This document shows, in pieces, positions 54,509 to 64,000 of a stretch of DNA of 64,000 bases (position 1 is its first letter; every line of letters starts with the position of its first letter). The notes below the pieces were generated by a model that searched no databases, was not told the DNA's origin, and was given only the letters and a program-made list of their open reading frames with translations. This DNA is from Octopus sinensis (taxonomy: Eukaryota): the NCBI RefSeq assembly GCF_006345805.1, contig NC_043005.1, positions 7,998,001 through 8,062,000 of the forward strand. The letters are read 5' to 3'. The position numbers and the translations under genes are program-made.

Positions 54509-55234
54509 TACTAATCGTGAGATAGGTGACTTATAGTGCTCATCATGATACCAGTGGTAATTTTCTTGACTGCATTCAATATAAGATGGTGGTTATTTGT
54601 GGCGTAGAATCATAACTATAGCAATTTGTTGGTGTAGTTCTGATGAGAAGCATTATCGTAACAGTAGTGGTGGCTTCAGTGTTTTATAGTAGTGGTATGA
54701 TGTAGTGTTAACTGTGACAGCTGCGGTAGCAGCTCCAACAGTAATGGTTGTATCATTGGCTGTCGTGGTGAAGACGGTGGTACATGGTGGTGGTGGTGTA
54801 AGTGGTTTGTTATGTTTCTTCATTACCGTGAACTTGACAGGAATATCACACATACACATATATACACACGCACACATTAACTTATATACATTCTCACTAT
54901 TATATACGGAAACGAACACATGCACATTCATACATAACGTCTATATACTCGCATATACTCAAATAACACACGCACACACACGCACTGTAAGCAGCATATA
55001 TATTGGAGATAAATTGATGTGGATATTTAAAGAGAAATGAGAAAGATGAAAGTCGGCATTTATCAAAGGGGGAAAGATTTCCCCACACACATCCTACTTC
55101 TGAAGAATTTGTGTGTGAGCTTTTGTGTGTGTGTGTGTGAGCTTTTGTGTGTGTATGTGCATATATATATATATATATCACTGGTATTTGAGTACTCTTT
55201 TTTCCACCTTGTTCACATTTATGTGTTTACTCCG

Positions 55235-55275
<41 letters not shown>

Positions 55276-55284
55276 CACACACAC

Positions 55285-55329
<45 letters not shown>

Positions 55330-55695
55330 AATGCATAAATATATATATATATATAAATGCATAAATATATATATGTATGTATATATATATATATATATAT
55401 GCACACATACATACGTAAACACACACGCATATATACATAGAGAGGAGGAGACTGATATAAAGGAATCGAAGGAAAATAAGAAATATGGCCATATTATAGT
55501 GTAGTGTTTAGCTAAAATATGGTGAATTACACATACACAAGTTTAAACACTCATTAGAGATTAGCGACTAAAGAATTTCTAATACGCCCAGATAAACACA
55601 CATATTTATGTATCTATTTATATATGAATGTTAACTTTGTATAAAAAGCTAAACACTTTGTATGATTTCTAGCTCTTTGGTTGATTGTTGTTTGT

Positions 55696-55967
55696 TCCTT
55701 CTCGAGCCATGCCTGGGTCTTAAGGGCCGGCTTTCCGGTCTCATTGGCGTATAGGTTCCCCACCTGGACGGGACGCCGGTTCGTCGCAGGTGAGCTGCTA
55801 GATGCTGGAGGAAAGAGTGAGAGAAACTTGAGACGAAAGAGTCAGCAGAAGTTCGCCATTACCTTCTGCCGGAGCCGCGTTTGAGCTTAGTTGTTTTGGC
55901 CATAAACACACACATCGCCCGGTCTGAGATTCGAACCCACAATCCGTCGACCGTGCGTCCGCTGCTT
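55696..55967 (-). mobile_element. SINE family B2
   Basis: Reverse complement of 45135-45408. Confidence 0.85.
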
Positions 55968-56187
55968 CCAAGTTTCGTAGTTCTGTTAATATATTAACTG
56001 ATAGACAGACAGAACAACGGACAGCTATATATAGATACATCGATTTGTGGAATGATTGATGGATCGATGGAGAGGAGAAAGGAAGGAATGTAGACAAATA
56101 ATGTTCATTGTTTAAAAGCATACTTAGTATATTACGTTTTTGGATTTGGTTTGCGAGATTCTTTATATGAGTTCGTGTGTTGAAGCA

Positions 56188-56451
56188 TATTCTGTTGTGT
56201 CTGGGGTGAGTCATTCTCTTTTAGTGCCTTATTATTTAACACACTCACCGGTAAAATTTCCACTTATTTCTTATTTTTATTTTCTAAAATTTTCGTTGCG
56301 TCTTGAAAAGAGTCATGACTATTGAAAAGGTTGCAAGACGCAACGAAAATTTTAGAAAATAAAAATAAGAAATAAGTGAAAATTTTACCGGTGAGTGTGT
56401 TAAATAATAAGGCACTAAAAGAGAATGACTCAACCCAGACACAACAGAATA
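56188..56451. mobile_element. Foldback MITE with 118 bp inverted arms
   Basis: 56188-56305 pairs with 56334-56451; TA at both ends; palindromic centre agtcatgact. Confidence 0.85.
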
Positions 56452-56700
56452 CTTAGTATTTATTATAGATTTCATACGTTACGAAACACATTAGAGTCCT
56501 ATAAAATATTAATACTGAAGTTATAATCTAAAATATTCTTCGTAAGCCGCAGACGACAATTCTACGCAAAGTTTTCCGTTGAGTTGAAATGTCGTAATGT
56601 AATTTTTCAGAAACAAACCGTGCTATGGCGCTTTAAGAGTTTGTCATAAATGATATACGACCCCAACTATATCAAAGTAACGACAAACTATCATATACTC

Positions 56701-56900
56701 TTGGCACAAGGACCGAAATTTTTGGGGAGGGGACCTGTCGATTACATCGCCTCCAGTATGCAACTGGTACTTAATTCATCGACCCCGAAAGGATGGAAGG
56801 CAAAGTCGACCTTGGCGGAATTTTAACTTAGAACGTAAAGACGGGCGAAATATAGCGAAGCATTTCACCCGACATACTAACCTTTCTGCCAGTTTACCAC
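56701..56900 (-). mobile_element. SINE family C
   Basis: Reverse complement of the family C consensus. Confidence 0.8.
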
Positions 56901-57416
56901 CTTATACTATCATATATATTAACAATGCAATGAGTACAGCAAGGAGACTATACGGTGCGACAAACTGTAACTAATGAATTACATTAACCTTTAAAAGGAA
57001 GGGAAATAACCATGATGTTTCGAATGTTAGTCCTTCAGCGGAAGAAAGATAGAAAAAGAAAAGGAGAGTATACATAGCAACAGATGACGTTTAAAAATGC
57101 TACGAGAACATTTTTGATTATGTGCATAGCATTAATCGTTAGCTAGCAAGGTCAGGGTGGTTATTACTTTCGGATTTGGAAATATTATCACATATTTCCA
57201 TAACTTGGCGTAGATTGTTGATATTGATCCAGCACACCTGCGTTCAAACGAATTGTCATTGTGATCATTCGCTCTTTATTTTATTCGGGCATAATGTATC
57301 TATGTAACTGGGACTATAATATTTACTGTGTTCATTTTTTTCTTTCACAAGGGTTGGTTTGCTGTTGAGAAAAAAGTGTTTGCTATTTAAAGCATAATTT
57401 TCTTCCATGGCGTAAG

Positions 57417-57465
<49 letters not shown>

Positions 57466-57494
57466 ATATATATATAAATATATATATATATATT

Positions 57495-57583
<89 letters not shown>

Positions 57584-57588
57584 TATAT

Positions 57589-57620
<32 letters not shown>

Positions 57621-57654
57621 ATATATATATGTACATATATATATATATGTGTGT

Positions 57655-57974
57655 AAAAAACACGACTCCGTCGCTCACGAATGACCATGGATGCACCTAA
57701 TAAGTTCGCCTCCAGGGTACAAGTCTTGCCGGAAAGTCGCCTTAGCGGCGAACGTAAAATGTCACCCATGCATACCGGCCTCCCCTCTCCACGCCACCGA
57801 TGTTATCCAGCTTGGCACCAGTGACATCGCAACTCATTTCTACAGCTGAGGGGAACTGGAGCAACGTGAAATAAAGTGTCTTGCTCAAGAGCATAACATA
57901 CAGCCCGGTCCGTGAATCGAACTCACAACCTCACGATCGTAAGCTCGACGCTCTAACCACTGAGCCATGCGCCT
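57655..57974 (-). mobile_element. tRNA-derived SINE family D, full length
   Basis: AGGCGCATGGCTCAGTGGTTAGAG A-box, GAGTTCGATTC B-box and CORE-like CTTGAGCAAGACAC. Confidence 0.85.
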
Positions 57975-58682
57975 GCACTATATGTGTATATACATCTAAG
58001 TATATTAATATGCATGTGTTTGTGCGTATGTTCATTGTATTGTGTTTGTACGCGTGCACATGCCATTTGTGATAGATGAATGGCATACGACGTATGCCTC
58101 ACATTAATACATTAATCGTATGTGAAACCCATAAAAGGAGCGCCATGAAATATGCAGTCTATTTATATTGATTGCGTAGAACATCTCGTATCCCCTCCTA
58201 TGTGTTGGGTATGTAGTACAAAGGTTGCTGAAGCAGCAGCAATAATAGTAACGGGGGTATCATGATCCTGGTGATCATCGCCATTGTCAACGTCGTCGTC
58301 GTCATCATCATTTTCCATTTTGCATGGCGTAAAGTGTGTCACGATGGATCCAAACAATTTGAGTTGCAGGAAAAACAACAATAGAACTATATTCCGCAAC
58401 CAACAGACACACTTGCACAGTCCCCGGAAAAAATCAAAATCATAAAATGTCTCCATTGCAATTTTATAGCAAAATCTGTTGTACCTGGGCTGAAATTACA
58501 TTCACGCCTCCATCGCAAATAGATGCATCTTACTGTTCTTTTTCTCTTTCTCTTTCTCTTACTCTCTTTAACTTTAAGTCCTCTCCTTCAAACACTCATA
58601 CGTCGAAACTAATAGGAGCGACCATCCTCCACCTCCTTCTCCTCCTCCTCCTCCTCATTTTTATTGTGGTTGTTGATGCTGT

Positions 58683-58720
58683 TATCATTATTATTATTAT
58701 TATTATCATCATCATTATTA

Positions 58721-58814
<94 letters not shown>

Positions 58815-58825
58815 CATTATTATTA

Positions 58826-58880
<55 letters not shown>
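58683..58880. repeat. (ATT)n/(ATC) microsatellite
   Basis: Directly visible; abuts the 3' end of the R4-like element. Confidence 0.98.
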
Positions 58881-59613
58881 GTTTTTGCCTTCCTTCTTCA
58901 AATTTTCTTCCGTTTCTCGCCGAGTGTTTTCCATACACCTAGGGCAGAGAAGGGCATTGCATGCATTCCCAGATTACACGCGCAAATTCACAGATAAAAT
59001 ATGTATTTAAAAATTAATAAATAAATAAATTCATGGATGGATGTTATTTTCACAGCGATAGTGCTCTTCTCAGTACATGAGCCGTTCCACTTAATACGAT
59101 TTTTTGCACTTCCTGTAGGGATGGTAAGCCTGGAATCATTTTCAAATAGGTTTCAGTACCTTTTTTTATCATTCCTAGAGATCCTACAATCACTGGTATT
59201 GTAGTCGCCTTGAGATGCCACATTCTTTCAATTTCTATTAGCAGGTCTTTATATTTACTAATCTTGTCAAATTCTTTCGCCGCTATATTGTGATCACAGG
59301 GAATACTCATGTCAATTAATAAACACATCCTTTTTGTCTGATCTTTTATAATAATATCCGGTTTTTTAGCTTTTATAGTCCTGTCGGTCTGCACGGGGAA
59401 GTCCCATAGAATCGATACATCTTCTCCCTCAGTCACAGCTTCAGGATGATGTTTATACCATTTGTCAGCGGTTTTGATTTTATAATGCCGACATATTGTC
59501 CAATGTAAATACTGGCCGACTCTGTCATGTCTTGCTTTATATTCTGCAGGTGCTAAGACTCTACACCCTGAGATTAGGTGATCTATTGTTTCAATCTCAT
59601 CGTTACAGAATCT
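58881..59613 (-). mobile_element. 5'-truncated R4/Dong-type non-LTR retrotransposon (CCHC knuckle, RLE endonuclease, 3' UTR)
   Basis: Uninterrupted frame RFCNDEIETIDHLISGC...ILWDF...KKPDIIIKD...IDMSIP...KISKY...IPVIVGSLG...LRRALSL* (stop at 59050); (TAA)n on both sides. Confidence 0.92.
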
Positions 59614-59690
59614 ATTATTATTATTATCATTATTATCATTATTAGTTGTTGTAGTAGTAGCACTAGTTGTGGTAGTAGGGTAGCAGCAGT

Positions 59691-59968
59691 GGAGGCGCAA
59701 TGGCCCAGTGGTTAGGGCAGCGGACTTGCGGTTTCCATTCCCAGACTGGGTGTTGTGTGTGTTTATTGAGCGGTCCCCACCCCGCTATCGCTAAACAACC
59801 GATGTTGGTGTGTTTACGTCCCCGTTACTTAGCGGTTCAGCAAAAGTGACGGATAAAATAAGTAGTACTAGGCTTACAAAAAGTTAGTCCTGGCATCGAT
59901 TTCTTTGACTAAAACTCCTTAAGGCAGTGCTCCACCATGTCCGCAGTGAAATGACTGAAACAAGTAAA
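59691..59968 (+). mobile_element. Chimeric SINE: family B head joined to the family A 3' half
   Basis: GGAGGCGCAATGG... to gtttattgagcg, then gtcccc...caaccgatgttggtgtgtttacgtcccc... and aaatgactgaaacaagtaaaa tail. Confidence 0.7.
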
Positions 59969-60075
59969 ACTATGTACACACACTCACACGCACACACACA
60001 CACATATATATGTATATATGCAATACGTACATACTTACGTACATGTATGCGTGAGTATATGTATGTATGTTTTGT

Positions 60076-60343
60076 TTGTCCCTTCTCGAGCCACGCCTGG
60101 CTCATAAAAGCCGGTTTCCTGGTTTCCTTGGCTTATAGGTTCTCCACCTGGACAGGACACCAGTCCGTCGCAGGTGAGCTGCAAGATGCAGGAGGAAAGA
60201 GTGAGAGAAAGTTGTGGCGAAAGAATCAGCAGAAGTTTTGCCATTACCTTCTGCCGGAGCTGCGTGGAGCTTAGGTGTTTCGCTCATAAACACACACATT
60301 GCCCGGTCTGAGATTCGAACCCGTGAACCCTCGACCGTGCGTC
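60076..60343 (-). mobile_element. SINE family B2
   Basis: Reverse complement of 45135-45408. Confidence 0.85.
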
Positions 60344-62327
60344 GAGGTTGGTTTGTACATACAAACATATAATTTTGCTCACTGTTGAAGTTGTACAACA
60401 AGTATCATATGTTGTTGTAGCATGTAGGAATTTATTATTCTCAAGTAATGATAAAGAGAATATATTTCATTCTAAGCATTATAGATTATAGCTTTGTAAA
60501 CAATTCGTAGCAACTCAGTAAATGGCCTCATAGCGGAAGCGAAGATCATATTTTCACTCAGTTAGTAATGATAGATATATACGAACGTGCATTAGCTGTT
60601 CAATATAAATAAAGCAATTTAAATAGCAGTAAAACTCTGCTGACTTCAGTTTTATGGTAATATAATACTTGTATTCTAATATATTATGCCTCGATTGAAG
60701 ACAATATGATTTAATATAAACATTCAATTATAATGTCCCTATAAAAGTGCATGTAAATTCTTTTAGGTATGTATTCTAATTATTTGAATTAGTTATAAAA
60801 ATTCCATTGAAAAATAAATGTGTAGAAAAATAGAAACAAAATTGAAAAAACAACTAATAAATTCCTAAAAAGATAATCTACAATCAATCAAGTGATTCTA
60901 TGTCTGTTGTTAACTTCATTTTTATTTAAAAAATGGCGTCCCTATGGACCGTAGTATATAATTATGAATCAATAATTATTCATGGAAATATTAAGTATGT
61001 GATATGTATTAGTGGCAACTTTTGAAAAAAACCTATGAATATGCATGAATTGAAAAAACATTTAAAAATAGTAAAAAAGTGCTGATTACTTAATCTCTGC
61101 ACATAAGCATAACTAAATATATAATAAAAAAAAAAGCAGCTAAAAGCAACCTTTCATTTTATTTGATCTGTTATCAAGATCAAGGTCAATATTTTTATGT
61201 AGACTAAATCATTAATAATAAAATTATAAAATTAACAAAATGTTAAAAGGTGTTGAGTGGAAGCAATCAAGTTGCAATAAGTTTGGAAAAATGTCAAATT
61301 CATTGTTTCCTGTATGTAGAGTGTTTACAGCCAAGCTGTAAAAGAAGGGGCTGGTTTAATTATTATATGTGTGCTCAAAGATTTAACGGGAAATATATAG
61401 TATCATCACCATGGTACGAATTTGCTTGACAATAGAAAGGTACTTTTCGTATCTTATGGCTACATGTCTTATCATCTCCTTCCGAGTTCTTATTAATTAA
61501 TAGTCCTAATTTAATTTCCACCATTTCTGCTCTAATCAGTATAAGTTGTAACATTTAATAGTGTCTCAAGGCGGCGAGCTGGCAGAGACGTTAGCACGCC
61601 TGGCGGTATTTGAACTGCAAGAATCAAAATAATAATGCGTATATTCATGTTCTAACAGACTCGAACGGGGACATGGGATTTAAATTTTCAAATGAATCAT
61701 CCGTTTCTCCTTAACACTCTTATACGAATTACATTACTATGAAATTTAAGTTCTCAAAAGGTTTATATATATATATAGTTAAACTGACAGAATAAAATCT
61801 ACCGAAAACAAAACAAACATTTTTTGACGATAAATGCCTTACATATTTTAGATTTCATAATTATGGAATATGTGAAGAAGATGATAGTTAAGATTAGTCT
61901 TGGAGGAAATTTAGCCGTTAATCAAAAAATATAAGTTTACTAAAAAACGAACATTGATTAATAATTTAGAGGATTTCTCAATAGTAAAATATACGGAGTA
62001 CCCCCTAAATTTGTAGTATCTATATAAAATATGAATATATTTTCTAACCAAACTTTCTAGACTAGGAATAAATTCTACTCATCCGAACATTTATTGTAAG
62101 TTATGTGACGTCCAGAAATAAGTCTATATATTTCAAACAATCACACACATCTGACTTCAAATGCCGCCAGGTCGACTTCGCCTTTCATCCTTTTAGAGGC
62201 GATAAAATATGTATCAGTTGAGTACTAAGATCGATGTAATCGATTTACTCTTCCCCCGAAATAACTGGCCTTGTGCCAAAATCTGAAACCAATACTATTT
62301 ACATTATTAATCTGCTTCTATTGCATG

Positions 62328-62374
<47 letters not shown>

Positions 62375-62414
62375 ACACACACACACACACATGCATAAGA
62401 TATACATATACATA

Positions 62415-62575
62415 CAGGAGTGGCTGTGTGGTAAGTAGCTTGCTAACCAACCATATGGTTCCGGGTTCAGTCCCACTGTGTGGCATCTTGGGCAAGTGTC
62501 TTCTGATATAGCCCCGGACCGACCAATGCCTTGTGAGTGGATTTGGTAGACGGAAACTGAAAGAAGCCTGTCGTA

Positions 62576-62616
<41 letters not shown>

Positions 62617-62842
62617 TTGTGTTTCTGTGTTTTTCCCCCTAGCATTGCTTGACAACCGATGCTGGTGTGTTTACGTTCCCGTCACCTAGCGGTTCGTCAA
62701 AAAGAGACCGATAGAATAAGTACTGGGCTTACACAGAATAAGTCCCGGGGTCGATTTGCTCGACTAAAGGCGGTGCTCCAGCATGATCGCAGTCAAATGA
62801 CTGAAACAAGTAAAAGAGTAAAAGAGTAAAAGAGTAAAAGAG
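62415..62842 (+). mobile_element. SINE family A, full length
   Basis: Matches 8924-9342. Confidence 0.9.
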
Positions 62843-63569
62843 ATACATACACACATACATACATACATTTGTTTGTTCTTTCCTTATCATAGGAACACTT
62901 CTTGCTTTACATGTGGGCTTTTTAAAGCTTTATCTGTCGATATGTTTCAAATCCGTATTAGAACGGCAATTTTCATATGCCAAACTGTAGCTATTTGCGT
63001 AACGTTTGGATAAAAGTATATCCCATTCTGCAACTAACTCTAACCTATGAACAGAAATGACCTAAGAATCTGTTCATTATCTGTAGAAATCACCTCAGAA
63101 ACACAAAAACAAACCACGAACTGTAATAAGAAGCGGAGACATAAATATAGAACGAAATCCAGTTTAAAACAAGGAAATTTCCCTCCTCTGCTACCTACCC
63201 TATAACGTGATTTTGGCATCCAAAGCAGCATCATTACTTCTGGTGGTGCCAAACAATTTTAGAATAATTCAAACGGTGTTTGAGTGTGTGCACACTAAAT
63301 ATTTGTGCTAGGTTCACAAATCATAAGCGTATACATTCCAAATATATAATTATATGATAAAATTAGAATACACAACTAACCGCATTCAAGCTTGATAAGA
63401 AAGGCAAAAAAAAAAATACATAGAATGATCAACTTACAAATCCTACATATCAACTTATTCGATACAAACCAAAATTTACAAATGAATTGATTACAATTAA
63501 CAGACATATAAAATTTTAAAATTAAACATATTAACAAGTAAAGGTATACCATAATTCAAAAAACGGTAT

Positions 63570-63903
63570 TAGTATCGTAGACTGGTCCCGGTTTGCGCAC
63601 ACGCGCATGCGCGCGTCCGTGCTAGCCAGACGTAGGTAGTCGATACTCGATCCTACGAGCTGACTGGCGCATGCGCGGTACGCGATTCGCGCATGCGCGT
63701 TACAACGCCCTCCCGCAATTTTCACTAAGGAAATTTTTTTTTTAAATTCGGATTTTCCTTAGTGAAAATTGCGGGGGGTGGGGTTGTAGCGCGTATCGTG
63801 CACCGTGCATGCGCCAGTCAGCTCGTAGGATCGAGTATCGACTACCTGCGTCTGGCTAGCGCGGACGCGCGTGTACGCAAACCGGGACCATTCTACGATA
63901 CTA
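63570..63903. mobile_element. CpG-rich foldback element/MITE with ~150-165 bp inverted arms
   Basis: tagtatcgtag...ttttcactaaggaaa pairs with tttccttagtgaaaa...ctacgatacta around a short T-rich spacer; TA at both ends. Confidence 0.85.
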
Positions 63904-64000
63904 GTACCTCAAAGAACGACATATGCCGACAGCTTACAGTGTCAAAAAATACCATCATAGAACCAATATTTTAATGGTCTAGCTTTAAGGACTTCGACGT

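Overview
AT-rich, microsatellite-saturated, non-coding eukaryotic DNA. The tRNA-derived SINE families resemble those I know from Octopus, so coleoid/octopus origin is an inference, not verified. I found no convincing host protein-coding exon; nearly all ORF-track entries are translations of simple repeats or SINEs. The recognisable coding remnants are all mobile elements: an internally deleted Mag-type Gypsy LTR element, three decayed mariner copies, CR1/L2 and RTE LINE 3' ends, and three RLE-type (R4/Dong-like) non-LTR fragments. Two non-autonomous Helitrons and several foldback/MITE elements are also present. The most interesting signal is RNA-structural. Two unrelated ~480-530 bp tandem-unit repeats (Penelope pseudo-LTR / retrozyme-like) each carry an extended type I hammerhead ribozyme fold (21694-21765 +, canonical core; 11575-11668 -, one non-canonical pair), and the two share an internal-loop design. 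A third ~375 bp foldback element (29402-29776) has a degenerate hammerhead-like centre. Repair-type templated insertions, same-site SINE re-insertion and a CpG-rich palindrome with NRF1-type motifs are also visible.
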